Source: an uncultured Rhodospirillaceae bacterium
GTDB lineage: Bacteria > Pseudomonadota > Alphaproteobacteria > Micavibrionales > UBA2020
Assembly (NCBI GenBank): GCA_964476835.1
Contig: CAYZCE010000002.1
Location: 2,532 to 66,531, forward strand
Direction of reading: 5' to 3'
Length of the DNA: 64,000 bases
Every line of letters begins with the position of its first letter. Position 1 is the stretch's first letter. Positions 9,754-23,422 of this stretch are shown piece after piece. A program made the translations under genes and the position numbers. Below the pieces are notes generated by a model. The model searched no databases. It was not told the origin of the DNA and worked only from the letters and a program-made list of their open reading frames with translations.

Positions 9754-10427
9754 GACAAAATCTCACGCACCAGCGGCACCGTCACCGGGCGCTTGGCGGC
9801 CATTGCCGCACGGTCGACCTGTTCGACCAGGCACGAGATGGCGAAGAACGACCGCTCGACGCGCGGCACGATGTACTGCACCACTTCCTGCGAGACGAAA
9901 ATCTGCCGGTCTGAAAACAGCTTGGTCAACACGACGGCAATCAGCTCATCATCCGGCGGAAGCACTTGCACGGCGGGTGCGGCCATCAGGCGCGATTTGA
10001 GATCGGGCAACGTAAGACCCCAGTCGCGTACCGGCTTTTCCGCCGTCAACAGCATGTGGCCGCCGCGACCCTGCAAGATGTTATATACGTGCAACAAGGC
10101 TTCTTCGCGTGCGGCATCACTGGCGACGCCGTCTGCATCGTCGATCATCACCGCCGACGCCGCGCCCAGCAGTGCATCTGCGGGCGCAGAGGTGAGTTCA
10201 TCGACGCGCAGGTCGCAGGCGCCGGCTTCACCCTTCCACACCTGCAACAAGTGCGTCTTGCCGCAAGCAGGCGGGCCGTAGAGCACCAGCGCGGGCGCCG
10301 GCCACTCCGGCCATTTGTCGAGCCATGCGACGGCTTCGCGGTTCGAGGCGGAGACCCAGAAATCCGCGCGGCCGTAGGCCTCGCGGTGGCCGAGGTCGAA
10401 CGGCAGTTGTTGCGGTTTGTCGGTCAT
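9750..10427 (-). CDS. hdaA: DnaA regulatory inactivator HdaA (DnaA-related AAA+ protein)
   Basis: The start is at MTDKPQQLPFDL (CAT 10425-10427). It has the Walker A motif LYGPPACGKTHLL and the typical Hda length of about 225 aa. The upstream Arg/Ala-rich extension was rejected. Confidence 0.85.
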   Translation of the reverse strand: MTDKPQQLPFDLGHREAYGRADFWVSASNREAVAWLDKWPEWPAPALVLYGPPACGKTHLLQVWKGEAGACDLRVDELTSAPADALLGAASAVMIDDADGVASDAAREEALLHVYNILQGRGGHMLLTAEKPVRDWGLTLPDLKSRLMAAPAVQVLPPDDELIAVVLTKLFSDRQIFVSQEVVQYIVPRVERSFFAISCLVEQVDRAAMAAKRPVTVPLVREILS

Positions 10428-10432
10428 GGAGG

Positions 10433-11209
10433 TCAGTTCATCCGCAACGTATAGACAGCGCCCGCCTGGTCGAGCGTCAGGTGCTGCGCGGCGAGCGCGG
10501 TGCGGAACGCCTCCAGCCCACCCGGCCAGTCGGCCGTCAGGTGGAAGCGCGCGGAAGAATTGCTGATGCCGGTCAGGTCGACCGCCGGCGCGGGCGTCAG
10601 CGACTGCAGGCGCTTCTGCGCCTCGACCCATTCCTGGAAGCCGGTGATCGCCATGGTGACGTCGATCGACAGCTTTTCGGACTGCGCCACTGCGGCTTGC
10701 GCCGTCAGTTGCGTCGGCGTGTTGGCGTCGGCATTCGCATCGGTCTGCACTTCGGCGGCAGGAGCCGCAGCATCGGCGGCGGGTGCCGGCGGCGTGATGT
10801 CGACGCTCGCCCAGCCCTTGATGAAATCGACCGCGTTCGGGTTGAAGCGCACGGTGAACTGCGCGGCGTATCTGTTTACGGAAATCTGTTCGTTACGCAC
10901 GCTGAAATCGCGCACGAGGGTCGAGATGGTCAAGTCGTCGGGCAGCGCAGGCGGCGTCTTGCCTTCCGCCGGGAAGCCCGCGAGCTTGAGCAAGGCCTGG
11001 CGCTGCGCTTCCGCAATCGCATCCTTGCGCGCGGCGACGGCGTCGGTGGCAGTTTTCTCGATAAGCAAGTCCTTGACAGTCAAGGCTTCCTGCGGATCGG
11101 CAGGCGCGGCCATGACAGGCGGCGCGGCAGGCATATCCTGTGCCTGCGCCCGCGCGGCAAACATCGCCAAAAACGCCACAAAAACAATAAAATAACGGTA
11201 ATTTGACAT
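10433..11209 (-). CDS. Secreted hypothetical protein (possibly DUF2066-like; sits next to hda as in other proteobacteria)
   Basis: The signal peptide MSNYRYFIVFVAFLAMFAARAQA starts at CAT 11207-11209. No catalytic motif was seen. The family assignment comes only from position next to hda plus size and composition. Confidence 0.55.
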   Translation of the reverse strand: MSNYRYFIVFVAFLAMFAARAQAQDMPAAPPVMAAPADPQEALTVKDLLIEKTATDAVAARKDAIAEAQRQALLKLAGFPAEGKTPPALPDDLTISTLVRDFSVRNEQISVNRYAAQFTVRFNPNAVDFIKGWASVDITPPAPAADAAAPAAEVQTDANADANTPTQLTAQAAVAQSEKLSIDVTMAITGFQEWVEAQKRLQSLTPAPAVDLTGISNSSARFHLTADWPGGLEAFRTALAAQHLTLDQAGAVYTLRMN

Positions 11210-11275
11210 AGCGGCACCTTCTGCTGCGCTTTCTGTCATCTTAAAATCCGCTCCCCGCAAAAGCAAGCACGGATC

Positions 11276-14200
11276 ATGTTAATTGTATTTGAAGGATGCC
11301 GCCCTTATCCTGAAAGGAGAAGTGGGGAGTATCTCTTGAAAATTGCATTCAGTTCACGCCTGACCAAGCGCCTGGCGCTCGCGTCCGTCATCCTGGCGCT
11401 CGGCATCGCCCTTGCCGTGCAGTTCACGCACCACCGCTCCCTGCTGCCCGGCGCCTCGCCGCAGGCGCTCGTGCTGACCAAGGAGACGAAGGACGCATCC
11501 CTCACACCCTACATCCGCCTTTTCGAGGACCGCCAGAAGGTCCTTACCGCCAAGGATGTGCTGACTCTGTATAACTCCGGCAGCGGAGAACAGCCGGCGG
11601 GCGACCGCCTGCACCTCGGCTATACGCACGCGGCGTGGTGGCTGGTCTTCACGATCGAGAACAACGACAAGGCGCGCCCTGACTGGATGCTCGACCTTGG
11701 CCGCCGCAACGCCGGCACCACGGGCGCGGCCGACCGCATCGCCTTTTATTCCGATGACGACAAAACCCGCCCGCTCGCGCTTGACGGGCGTCACGTCGTC
11801 AACAAGACGCAGATGGCCGGGCAGGCCAAGAACGCCCTGCCCCTGCCGCTCGACGGGTCTTCGTCGCGCACGTTCGCGCTGATGATCGAGCCGACGCCCG
11901 GCCTGCCGCTGGCAGTCAACCCGCGCGTCGTGACGCAGGCCGATCATGCCGCGGAAATCCACAATGCCGACTTCGCCGGGCGCCTGCTCAACGTCGCGCT
12001 TTTCCTGCTGCTGGTGCTGTCGTTCGTGTTCCTGCTGCACTTCAACAGCCTGACGCCCGCCCTGCTCGCGGCCTATGCGGCAGCGCAGTTCCTGATCTAC
12101 CGCAATACCGACGAGCTTGTCTCGCTCGGCAACAACACGGGCGCGGTCTACCTCGACGCGCTGGCGGCGCTCGGCGGCATCGCGGCCCTGATGCTGGCAC
12201 AGCGGTTGTTCTTCCCCGAACGCGAAAACCACGGCGCAGTCTACCGCCTGCTCGGCACCGGCGCCGTGGTGCTGGCGCTCACGGCGGCTTTCGGGATCGG
12301 CTCGGCGACGGCATCGCAGGTCACCTCGCCGTTCCTGCTGCGCGTGCTGCCGCTGCTGCTGCCCGCCGCGATCCTCGTCACCGGCCTTGCCGCCGCCGTG
12401 CGCCAGAAACATGCGCCCGCCGTGCACGTCTACACGCTGTCGTGGCTCGCCCTCTTCCTCGGCGCGGCGGCGTCGGAAGCAGGCATCGCCGGGCTGTCGC
12501 TCTCGGGCGACGTCTACTGGAGCTTCTTCGCCGTGCATATCGCGTTGCTGGCCGGCGCCACACTCCATTTCACTTACGCGGTCGAGCCGGACGAGCATGC
12601 GAGCCTCTCCAGCACGCTGGGGCGCGAGAAGAAGCTCTCGGCCGAATACGAGGCCGCCGAAGACCGCCACCGCAAGGAACTGTCGGAAGCGCAGGCCGTG
12701 GCCGAGAGCGCGACCAAGTCGCGCGCCGACTTCCTCGCCATCGTCAGCCACGAGATCCGCACGCCGATGACGGGCATCATGGGCATGATCCGCCTGCTGG
12801 TCGACACGCCCCTGACCGACAAGCAGCGCGAATACATCGACACGCTGCAATATTCCTGCAACGCGCTGCTCGCACTCATCAACGACATCCTCGACTTCTC
12901 CAAGATCGGCGCGCAGCGCATGGACATCGAGACGGTCAGTTTCGACCTCAAGCGCCTGCTCGACGGCGTCATCCACCTGATGAACGCGCGCGCCGGCGAA
13001 AAGAACATCGCGCTCAAGACCGAGATCGACCCCAAGCTCCCCCTCTTCTTCAAGGGCGACCCGACGCGCCTGCGCCAGATCCTGCTCAACTTGCTCGGCA
13101 ACTCGATCAAGTTCACCGACAAGGGATCGGTGACGCTCATCGTCAAGGCCGCCGGCACCGACGAGACGGGCAAGCAGCGCGTCTATTTCGCCGTGCAGGA
13201 CACCGGCATCGGCATGGCGAAAGACGTGCTGGCCAAGGTCTTCGTGCCGTATGCGCAAGGCCACACCAGCATCGCACGCCGCTACGGCGGCACCGGCCTC
13301 GGCCTCTCGATCAGCCAGCAGCTCGTCCACGCGATGGGCGGCACGGTCGAGGTCACGAGCGAGCTCGGGCAAGGCACCACCTTCTTCTTCACCATCGCGA
13401 TGGAGGAAGGCGTGAAGGATGATGACGTCAGCGTCGCTGCGCATATTCCCGCGATCCCCTTGCGTGTGCTGATCGTCGACGACAACGGCATCAATCAGAA
13501 GGTCGTGCTCGGCCTACTGGAGCCGGACAAGCACACCCTGGCCGCCGTCTCCGGCGGGCGCGAGGCGCTGAACGAACTGGAGCTGGCCGATTTCGACGTC
13601 GTGCTGATGGACATGGAGATGCCCGACCTTGACGGCCCTGCGACCGCCCGCCTCATCCGCGCATTGCCGGACAAGAAAAAGGCGGCGGTGCCGATCATCG
13701 CGATGACCTCCAATACCTCGCCCGAGGATATCAAGACCTGCCTCGACGCCGGGATGAACGACCATTGCCGCAAGCCGATCGATCTCGACCAGCTGCGCGG
13801 CCTTTTGTTGCAAGTCGCGAAGAAGGAAGGCGCGTTCAAGCAAGCCAGCACCGCACCTGCGGCCGCAGCCCCGGTCACGCCCCCGCCCGTGCCAACCCTC
13901 GCGCCCGCTGCCGAGCCGCCGAAAAAACCGGAAGCGCCCGTCAAGCCGCCCGTGCCGTTCAACACCGAAATCCTCGGCACGCTCAAGAGCAGCATGTCGC
14001 GCGCGCAGATGGACGACATGATGAAGAGCTTCTACGACAAGACCGACGAGCTGATCGCGAGCGCCGAGAAGGCCGTCGCCGACCGCGATCCCAAGGCCAT
14101 CTCCGGCCGCGCGCACGACATCAAAGGCATGACGGCCAACTTCGGCCTGATCGCGCTCTCGGAAGTCGCCGCCAAGCTCAGCAAGCAGGCCAAGGAAGGC

Positions 14201-14293
14201 GCCAGTCAGGAAGCGCTCCTCGACACCGTCAACCAGCTCCGCCCCGTCTATGCGGATACGCGCAAGATCGTCGAGGACTGGGTGGCATCGTAA
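11276..14293 (+). CDS. Hybrid sensor histidine kinase (7TMR-DISM sensor, HisKA, HATPase_c, receiver, HPt)
   Basis: It has an N-terminal periplasmic domain plus about 7 TM helices. The H-box is [11 protein letters not shown] and the N/G boxes are [10 protein letters not shown] and GTGLGLSIS. The receiver has VLIVDDN...[12 protein letters not shown]-terminal HPt carries HDIKG. An alternative TTG start at 11336 has a GGGGAG SD. Confidence 0.9.
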   Translation: MLIVFEGCRPYPERRSGEYLLKIAFSSRLTKRLALASVILALGIALAVQFTHHRSLLPGASPQALVLTKETKDASLTPYIRLFEDRQKVLTAKDVLTLYNSGSGEQPAGDRLHLGYTHAAWWLVFTIENNDKARPDWMLDLGRRNAGTTGAADRIAFYSDDDKTRPLALDGRHVVNKTQMAGQAKNALPLPLDGSSSRTFALMIEPTPGLPLAVNPRVVTQADHAAEIHNADFAGRLLNVALFLLLVLSFVFLLHFNSLTPALLAAYAAAQFLIYRNTDELVSLGNNTGAVYLDALAALGGIAALMLAQRLFFPERENHGAVYRLLGTGAVVLALTAAFGIGSATASQVTSPFLLRVLPLLLPAAILVTGLAAAVRQKHAPAVHVYTLSWLALFLGAAASEAGIAGLSLSGDVYWSFFAVHIALLAGATLHFTYAVEPDEHASLSSTLGREKKLSAEYEAAEDRHRKELSEAQAVAESATKSRADFLAIVSHEIRTPMTGIMGMIRLLVDTPLTDKQREYIDTLQYSCNALLALINDILDFSKIGAQRMDIETVSFDLKRLLDGVIHLMNARAGEKNIALKTEIDPKLPLFFKGDPTRLRQILLNLLGNSIKFTDKGSVTLIVKAAGTDETGKQRVYFAVQDTGIGMAKDVLAKVFVPYAQGHTSIARRYGGTGLGLSISQQLVHAMGGTVEVTSELGQGTTFFFTIAMEEGVKDDDVSVAAHIPAIPLRVLIVDDNGINQKVVLGLLEPDKHTLAAVSGGREALNELELADFDVVLMDMEMPDLDGPATARLIRALPDKKKAAVPIIAMTSNTSPEDIKTCLDAGMNDHCRKPIDLDQLRGLLLQVAKKEGAFKQASTAPAAAAPVTPPPVPTLAPAAEPPKKPEAPVKPPVPFNTEILGTLKSSMSRAQMDDMMKSFYDKTDELIASAEKAVADRDPKAISGRAHDIKGMTANFGLIALSEVAAKLSKQAKEGASQEALLDTVNQLRPVYADTRKIVEDWVAS

Positions 14294-14305
14294 CCGCCGC
14301 TGGAA

Positions 14306-14341
14306 CAAAAAAAAGCCCGCTCTTCCGAGCGGGCTTTTTTA
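14306..14341. terminator. Bidirectional rho-independent terminator between the kinase and ndk
   Basis: An A-run is followed by the stem GCCCGCTC / loop TTCC / GAGCGGGC (14315-14334) and then a T-run (14335-14340). Confidence 0.8.
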
Positions 14342-14354
14342 CGATCGCGTCAGC

Positions 14355-14777
14355 TTAGCCGACGATTTCGTCGTCCTTGAAGAAGAACTTGATTTCGATT
14401 TGCGCGTTCTCGAGGCTGTCGGAGCCGTGGACGGAGTTCGCTTCGATGCTCTCGGCGAATTCCTTGCGGATGGTGCCTGCGTCGGCGTTGGCGGGGTTGG
14501 TCGCGCCCATGATCTGGCGGTTCTTGGCGACAGCGTCATCGCCTTCGAGAACCTGAATCACGACCGGACCCGAGATCATGAACTTGACGAGGTCGTTGAA
14601 GAACGGGCGTTCCTTGTGGACGGCGTAGAAGCCTTCCGCTTGCGCCTGGGTCATCTGGATGCGCTTTTGCGCGATGATGCGCAGGCCTTGTTCTTCGAAC
14701 TTGGCGTTGATCTTGCCGGTCAGGTTGCGGCGGGTCGCGTCGGGCTTGAGAATAGAGAAGGTGCGCTGGATAACCAT
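14355..14777 (-). CDS. ndk: Nucleoside diphosphate kinase
   Basis: 140 aa starting at [13 protein letters not shown]. The catalytic motif NSVHGSDS is present. Confidence 0.95.
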   Translation of the reverse strand: MVIQRTFSILKPDATRRNLTGKINAKFEEQGLRIIAQKRIQMTQAQAEGFYAVHKERPFFNDLVKFMISGPVVIQVLEGDDAVAKNRQIMGATNPANADAGTIRKEFAESIEANSVHGSDSLENAQIEIKFFFKDDEIVG

Positions 14778-14901
14778 GAGGACGTCCTTATTGTTGGTTG
14801 AACCGAGAATCTCAGTGGACGCCCTTATACTTTTTTTTGGTCGCGGACGCAAGTAATCCTGCCGCGGTCTGCAGCGAATACATTGAGATCAAAGGGGATT
14901 T

Positions 14902-17556
<2,655 letters not shown>

Positions 17557-17615
17557 GTTCGACCCTCGTTAAAAAACAGGGCGATTATACAGCGCTTTTT
17601 CGCAAAAACAAACAT

Positions 17616-17738
17616 TCCCCTCGCCCCCTTCTTAGGGGGAGAGGGTTAGGGTGAAGGGGTTGCACGCGAAGCGTGCCTTATAAAGCCGCCTATCGGCGGC
17701 GACACCCTCTCCCCACCCTCTCCCGCAAGCGGGAGAGA
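17616..17738. repeat. Hairpin-rich intergenic palindromic element (REP/MITE-like)
   Basis: Nested inverted repeats are present: CCCCTCGCCCCC..GGGGGAGAGGG, GCACGC-GAA-GCGTGC, GCCGCC-TATC-GGCGGC and CTCCCGC-AA-GCGGGAG. The outer G-rich and C-rich arms (GAGGGTTAGGGTGAAGGGG versus CCCTCTCCCCACCCTCTC) are partly complementary. Confidence 0.6.
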
Positions 17739-17748
17739 AATTATTGGA

Positions 17749-19581
17749 TCAACGGTCGTAGATCGGCCAGTCGCCGGAAGCCACTTTCTCCAGCGAATCC
17801 GTGTTCTTGCCGTACTTGATGCGGTAGATCCAGTAGTTGGTCAGCACGCGCTCGAGGAAGGACCGCGTCTCAGCCACGGGAATGGATTCGATGAACAAAA
17901 GGGGGTCGTTGCCGTAGTTGACCTCCTTTTCCCAGCGCGCCAGCTTGCCGGGGCCGGCGTTATAGGCGACCGCCAGCTTGAAGAGGTTGTCGCGCACGTT
18001 GTCGGAGTCCAGCATGTCACCGAGGTAGCGCTGGCCGAGGCTGATGTTGACCGCCGGGTCGGAGAAATCGCCGCCGATGCCGTATTTCTGCCCCATGACC
18101 TTGGCGGTGGGCGCCATCAGCTGCATGACGCCGAGCGCGCCCGAGCCCTTGTTGCTCGCACCCACGTCGAACTTGGATTCCTGACGGATGAAGGCCTGCA
18201 CCAGCGCGCGGTCGACGACGTAGCCGCCCTTGGGCTTCCACGGCGCGTCGGGGTAAAGGGCGCTGTCGTACATATGGCCGTTGCGGTCCTTGAACCAGCT
18301 GCCGAGGCGCATCTCGAGCGCAGGCGAGCCGGATTCATGCGCGAAAGCCATCATCGCTTCCTGCAGCGTCAGGTCGCCGGCGGGGTTGATCTGGCGCAGC
18401 TCCAGCTCGGCCAGCGGCGTTTGCCCTGCGTCCATCAGCGCCAGCGCGCGGCGGCCGGCCGGCACGGCAGCCAGCGTGGAAACCAGCTTGCTGCGCAGGC
18501 TTGGCATGTCCCAGTTGAAGCGCGACTGTTCCATCCCCAGCGCCTTGGCGGAGATGATGCCGTAGAAACTGCGCGGATATTCGGCGGCCTTGCGCAGCCA
18601 CGGCGCGACCTTTTGCGGCTCATGGTTGCGCAAATATGACCGCGCCGCCCAATGCGCGCCCGCCGCCGCCAGCCATGCGGAGGCGCGCGGCGAGGTCGCG
18701 GTGCGCTCGAAATGCTTGGCGGCCTCGGCGTAATTGCCCATCTTCCATGCGGAAAGCCCGGCGATCCAGCCCGCGATCGGCGCATCGGCGCCGGAGCGCT
18801 CGGAAGCGGCGGAAGCGGCGGCATAAGCCTGCCCTTCCTTGCCGTTGTAGAAATAAGACTGCGCGACCTGCGCGCGCAGCGCGTCGTATTGCGTGGCGTT
18901 GAGCGACGCGCGCGAAGCGTCCAGTCTGTGCTGCGCCGAGGTGGGGCCGTTCGAGACGATGCGCCCGACCTGGTTCGCCACCGCCTTGGCGTGCGACGAC
19001 GCGCCGTCGGTCGCCAGGTAGGGCTGCGCGGTCGGCCCGCTGTCGTCTTCATTATAGCCGGGCAATCCGGCGGCGGTGCGCGGCGTGGCGGGCGCGGCCG
19101 CACCGGCGGGACGACGCGCGACGGCCATGTCGTAGACCGTCTGCGCGCCCGGATGGTCGCCGTAATCGCGCAGCCATTTGGCGAGCTCGTCGTAGGTCGC
19201 CTTGTAATGCGCGCTGGTGTAGCGCTGGTAGAGCACGTGGCCCATCAGGCGGTCGTCGTCGAGATGCAGGATGGAATCGTTGGCGCGACCGAAATCCTCC
19301 TTCTCCTGCAGCGCGAAGATGCGGGCGTAGCGCGTGGCGTCCGTCTCGGTCAGGCGGTCGCCGCGCGTGCGGCGGTCGAAGGTCTCGCCGACCAGCGAGA
19401 AGACCGAGAGCGTCACCGGCGCCGCGACCGCCGGCTTCTTCGCGGCGGCCTTCTTGGCAGGTGCGGCCTTCTTTTTCTGGGACGCCGCCTTGGCTGCCGA
19501 CAGGCCGGCATCCGGCATGCCCGCGACCAGCAGGCCCAGCACGACCGGGAGTATCAGGAAGGCAGGACGGTTCAGTCTCAA
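17749..19581 (-). CDS. slt: Soluble lytic murein transglycosylase (Slt70-like)
   Basis: 610 aa. It has a signal peptide, a Lys/Ala-rich linker, a superhelical U-domain and a C-terminal SLT domain (ESKFD...GALGVMQLMAPTA...AYNAGPG). Confidence 0.85.
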   Translation of the reverse strand: MRLNRPAFLILPVVLGLLVAGMPDAGLSAAKAASQKKKAAPAKKAAAKKPAVAAPVTLSVFSLVGETFDRRTRGDRLTETDATRYARIFALQEKEDFGRANDSILHLDDDRLMGHVLYQRYTSAHYKATYDELAKWLRDYGDHPGAQTVYDMAVARRPAGAAAPATPRTAAGLPGYNEDDSGPTAQPYLATDGASSHAKAVANQVGRIVSNGPTSAQHRLDASRASLNATQYDALRAQVAQSYFYNGKEGQAYAAASAASERSGADAPIAGWIAGLSAWKMGNYAEAAKHFERTATSPRASAWLAAAGAHWAARSYLRNHEPQKVAPWLRKAAEYPRSFYGIISAKALGMEQSRFNWDMPSLRSKLVSTLAAVPAGRRALALMDAGQTPLAELELRQINPAGDLTLQEAMMAFAHESGSPALEMRLGSWFKDRNGHMYDSALYPDAPWKPKGGYVVDRALVQAFIRQESKFDVGASNKGSGALGVMQLMAPTAKVMGQKYGIGGDFSDPAVNISLGQRYLGDMLDSDNVRDNLFKLAVAYNAGPGKLARWEKEVNYGNDPLLFIESIPVAETRSFLERVLTNYWIYRIKYGKNTDSLEKVASGDWPIYDR

Positions 19582-19674
19582 TGCAAAGGGTCCTTGGTTC
19601 GTTCCAAAACGCCCCCTTTCTAGCCGAAAACGGCTGGATTGGCAAATTTTGACATAATACGAAAGAAAGGCGGC

Positions 19675-20466
19675 TTAGAGGACCTTCAATTCCGCCAGCT
19701 TGTCCTTGAGCATCAGCAAATCCGCCCAGGCCTGCTTCTTCTGTGCAGGCGAGCCGATGAGGTAGGACGGATGGAACAAGGCCATCGCCGGGGTGCCTGC
19801 ATAATCGAGCCATTTGCCGCGCAGGCGCATGATGCTCTGCGCGGATTCCAGCAGCGCCTTCGACGCCAAGCCGCCGACGCAGACCAGCACGGCCGGGTTG
19901 ACCAGCTCGATATGGCGCTTCAGGAACGGCAGGCTCATGGCGACCTCGGCATCGGTCAGCGCACGGCCGCCGGGCGGGTACCAATTGCCGACGCCGGTCA
20001 GGTAGACGTTCGCGGTGCGGTCGAGACCGATGGCCGCGAGCATCTTGTCGAGCAGCTGCCCGTTCACGCCTGCGAAGGGGCGGCCGGCGCGGTCGTCGTC
20101 GGCGCCCGGCGCCTCGCCCACCAGCATGACGCGCGCCGTGGGCAGGCCGTCGGCGAAGACAAGGTTGCTGGCCGTGCGCTGGATGGTCAGGCCGGTGAAG
20201 CCGCGGATCGCTTCCTTGAGCTCATCGAGGGTCATCGCGCCATTGGCGAGCGCCTGCGCCTCGGCCACCGCTTCGGTCACGCCCGCAGGGGGCGGCACGA
20301 TCGCGGCGGGGGCGCCCGGCAGCTCAATGGATATGGGAATAACCGGTGCGGCGACCGGCATTTTTTCAATCACGTGCAGGCGGTCGAGCGCGATGTCGCC
20401 GATGGCCTCGTCGACCCCGACCTCCGCATACCACTCGAGCACCTGTGCCGGATTCAAGCTTGCCAC
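19675..20466 (-). CDS. udg: Uracil-DNA glycosylase, family 4
   Basis: Motif A GEAPGADDDRAGRPFAG and the C-terminal HPS motif (LFHPSYL) are present. Confidence 0.85.
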   Translation of the reverse strand: MASLNPAQVLEWYAEVGVDEAIGDIALDRLHVIEKMPVAAPVIPISIELPGAPAAIVPPPAGVTEAVAEAQALANGAMTLDELKEAIRGFTGLTIQRTASNLVFADGLPTARVMLVGEAPGADDDRAGRPFAGVNGQLLDKMLAAIGLDRTANVYLTGVGNWYPPGGRALTDAEVAMSLPFLKRHIELVNPAVLVCVGGLASKALLESAQSIMRLRGKWLDYAGTPAMALFHPSYLIGSPAQKKQAWADLLMLKDKLAELKVL

Positions 20467-20542
20467 CCTTGGCGTCTCTCTCTAAAAATATTGCTGCTGA
20501 CCCTTTCTTACACTTATTCCAGAATAAAGGAAAGCCGGGAAA

Positions 20543-22153
20543 ATGACGCGCGATGTGATGACGTACGACGTGGTGATCGTGGGCGCGGGGCCGTCGGGCC
20601 TGTCGTGCGCGATCCGCCTCAAGCAGCTCAAGCCCGAACTTACGGTCTGCGTGCTCGAAAAAGGATCCGAAGTCGGCGCACACCTGCTCTCCGGCGCGGT
20701 GCTGGAGCCGCGCGCGCTCAACGAACTGATCCCCGACTGGAAGGACAAAGGCGCGCCGCTGACCGTGCCCGCGACAGAAGACAAATTCCTGTTTCTGACG
20801 CGCACGAAGGCCTTCCGTCTGCCGACGCCGCCGCAGATGCACAACCACGGCAACTATATCATCAGCCTCGGGCACTTCGCGAAGTGGCTGGCGTCGCAAG
20901 CCGAAGCGCTCGGCGTCGAGATCTATCCCGGCTTCGCCGCCGCGGAAGTGCTGTATAACGACGACGGCTCCGTCAAGGGCGTGGCAACGGGCGACATGGG
21001 CGTCAACAAGGCCGGCGAACATACCGCTGCCTATCAGCCCGGCATGGAACTGCACGCAAAGCAGACCGTGCTTGCAGAAGGCTGCCGCGGCTCACTCACC
21101 AAGACGCTGATCCAGAAATTCGCGCTCGATAAAGACAGCGACCCGCAAACCTATGGCATCGGCATCAAGGAGCTGTGGGAGATCAAGCCGGAGAAGCATC
21201 AGGCCGGCCTCTGCATCCATACCATCGGCTGGCCGATGGATCAAAAGACCTACGGCGGCTCGTGGATGTATCACTTCGAGAACAACCTCGTCTCCATCGG
21301 CTACGTCATCGGCCTCGACTACGAGAACCCGCATCTGTTCCCCTTCGGCGAGATGCAGCGCTTCAAACTGCACCCCGAGGTGCGCAAATACCTCGAAGGC
21401 GGTCGCCGCGTGTCGTATGGCGCGCGCGCGATCTCCGAGGGCGGCCTGCAATCGCTGCCCAAGCTCTCGTTCCCCGGCGGCGTGCTGATCGGCGATACCG
21501 CGGGCTTCCTCAACGTGCCGAAGATCAAGGGCAACCACGCCGCGATGAAATCCGGCATGCTGGCCGCCGAGGCGCTGGTCGAGATGGGCGTCGATACGAA
21601 GGAATGCACGGCCTACCGCGCGAAGTTCGACCAAAGCTGGCTCAAGGACGAGCTGCACCGCGTGCGCAACATCCGCCCGAGCTTCCACCTCGGCCTGATC
21701 GCGGGCATGATCTATTCGGCGATCGACACGTTCCTCTTCCGCGGCCGCGCGCCATGGACGTTCAATAACCATGCCGATTACAACACCCTGAAGAAAGCCG
21801 CCGACGCGCCGAAGATCGACTACCCGAAGCCCGATGGCGTGCTGACCTTCGACCGTCTCTCGTCGGTGTTCATCTCGAACACCAATCACGAGGAAGACCA
21901 GCCCTGCCACCTGAAGCTGAAGAACCCGACCATCCCGATCGCGGTCAACCTGCCGCTCTATGACGAGCCGGCGCAGCGCTATTGCCCGGCAGGCGTCTAT
22001 GAGGTGGTACAGGACGCCGACGGCAAGCCGCGCTTCCAGATCAACGCGCAGAACTGCGTGCACTGCAAGACCTGCGATATCAAGGACCCGGAGCAGAACA
22101 TCGATTGGACCGTCCCGCAAGGCGGCGGCGGGCCGAACTATTCCAATATGTGA
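20543..22153 (+). CDS. Electron-transfer flavoprotein:ubiquinone oxidoreductase
   Basis: 536 aa. It has the FAD motif VVIVGAGPSGLS and a C-terminal 4Fe-4S ferredoxin-like CPAGVYE...NCVHCKTCDIKDP. Confidence 0.95.
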   Translation: MTRDVMTYDVVIVGAGPSGLSCAIRLKQLKPELTVCVLEKGSEVGAHLLSGAVLEPRALNELIPDWKDKGAPLTVPATEDKFLFLTRTKAFRLPTPPQMHNHGNYIISLGHFAKWLASQAEALGVEIYPGFAAAEVLYNDDGSVKGVATGDMGVNKAGEHTAAYQPGMELHAKQTVLAEGCRGSLTKTLIQKFALDKDSDPQTYGIGIKELWEIKPEKHQAGLCIHTIGWPMDQKTYGGSWMYHFENNLVSIGYVIGLDYENPHLFPFGEMQRFKLHPEVRKYLEGGRRVSYGARAISEGGLQSLPKLSFPGGVLIGDTAGFLNVPKIKGNHAAMKSGMLAAEALVEMGVDTKECTAYRAKFDQSWLKDELHRVRNIRPSFHLGLIAGMIYSAIDTFLFRGRAPWTFNNHADYNTLKKAADAPKIDYPKPDGVLTFDRLSSVFISNTNHEEDQPCHLKLKNPTIPIAVNLPLYDEPAQRYCPAGVYEVVQDADGKPRFQINAQNCVHCKTCDIKDPEQNIDWTVPQGGGGPNYSNM

Positions 22154-22159
22154 GTTCTC

Positions 22160-22600
22160 TCACGTGCGGGACGGCAGGCGGATATAGAAGTTCCAGTGCT
22201 CTTTCCTGTCGACGTACTGGAAGCCGAATAGATCCAGCAGGCGTTCCGTTTCCCCGCCCGGCTGGATGTAAGCGGCAAGCGGGCGGTTGCCCACTTCTTT
22301 CAACACATGGCGGATCATGCGCAGCGCGAGGTTCGTGTTGCGGTGCTCCGGCGCAATGGCGAGGCCCGTGAAGCTGCAGGCCCCCGCCCAATCCGTGACC
22401 GTATTCTTGATCGCGCACCAGGCGATCGGCGTCTGCGCCCCGTCCCTGACCCACCATGCAGACAGCAAGCCGGTTTCAAGGCCTTCTTTCATCTCCGCCG
22501 CCGAATAATAATCTTCGGCCTTCATCGCGCGCATGACGAGTTTCTCGTACGCGGGAAAATCGTCTTCCGGCGTCATGGCAATGAGGGGATATGTCGTCAT
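22160..22600 (-). CDS. GNAT-family N-acetyltransferase
   Basis: 146 aa. It has a GNAT-like core (GLAIAPEHRNTNLALRMIRHVL). It lies 3 nt downstream of the hydrolase gene, so the two likely form an operon. Confidence 0.65.
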   Translation of the reverse strand: MTTYPLIAMTPEDDFPAYEKLVMRAMKAEDYYSAAEMKEGLETGLLSAWWVRDGAQTPIAWCAIKNTVTDWAGACSFTGLAIAPEHRNTNLALRMIRHVLKEVGNRPLAAYIQPGGETERLLDLFGFQYVDRKEHWNFYIRLPSRT

Positions 22601-22603
22601 GGC

Positions 22604-23422
22604 TTATTTCGCACCGAAAATGCCAGGCGCGCGGCCGGGCGTCCATTGCGGGTCTGTCGGCGTTTTCTCCGCGCAGGCATGCGCGTAAGGCTGCCATGCG
22701 CCTTCCGGCTGCGCGAGACGGTCGAGCACAGCGGCAAACGTCGCCGGGCTGAAGATAAGGCCGAGATGGCTCACGTTCCCGATCTCGACATTCTCGGTCT
22801 GCGGCGCGGCGGGGTTAAGGCACACGTGCCAGCTCGCGACGGTGTCCATCTTCGAGAAGATCGAAGTCGCCGGCACCGGCGGCGGGGTCAGCAGGCGCTT
22901 GGCGGTGTCTTCGTCCTTGAGCGAGACGTGCCCGGCATTGAGCATCTCGACCAGCGTGCGGATCGGCGTCCACACGGATTCCTTGTCGTCGCTGAGGCCG
23001 ACGCCGAAAGGCGAACCGATGGAGATGACGTCGCGCACATACGCGGGGAATTCCCGCGCCAGCTCGCGCGCGAACAAGCCGCCGAGGCTGTGGCCGATCA
23101 GGGTCACCTTGCGGCTGCCGTTGTCGTGATAAAGCTTTTCAAGCGTGCCGCGCAGCAGCGCGATCTTGGCATCGCTCAAACCGAAATTGAAACCGCCGCC
23201 CCACGTGTGCGCGTCATAGCCCTTCTCGCACAACGCCCGGCACATCGGCGCCAGCGTCGATTCCGCGACGCCGAAACCGGGAACCAGCAAGACCGGATGC
23301 CCATCGCCCGCCGGCGCGGCGCGCTGCACCGCCGGCCATTCCCACAGCATGGCCATGAACGCCTGCGCGCCCATGAAGTCATGGCAGAGGTTTTGAAAAC
23401 GCTGTGTCCAGTTCAAGGTCAT
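22604..23422 (-). CDS. Alpha/beta hydrolase (lipase/esterase-like), paralogue 1
   Basis: 272 aa. It has the nucleophile elbow GHSLGG within RKVTLIGHSLGGLFARELAREFP. It is a paralogue of 26409..27227. Confidence 0.75.
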   Translation of the reverse strand: MTLNWTQRFQNLCHDFMGAQAFMAMLWEWPAVQRAAPAGDGHPVLLVPGFGVAESTLAPMCRALCEKGYDAHTWGGGFNFGLSDAKIALLRGTLEKLYHDNGSRKVTLIGHSLGGLFARELAREFPAYVRDVISIGSPFGVGLSDDKESVWTPIRTLVEMLNAGHVSLKDEDTAKRLLTPPPVPATSIFSKMDTVASWHVCLNPAAPQTENVEIGNVSHLGLIFSPATFAAVLDRLAQPEGAWQPYAHACAEKTPTDPQWTPGRAPGIFGAK

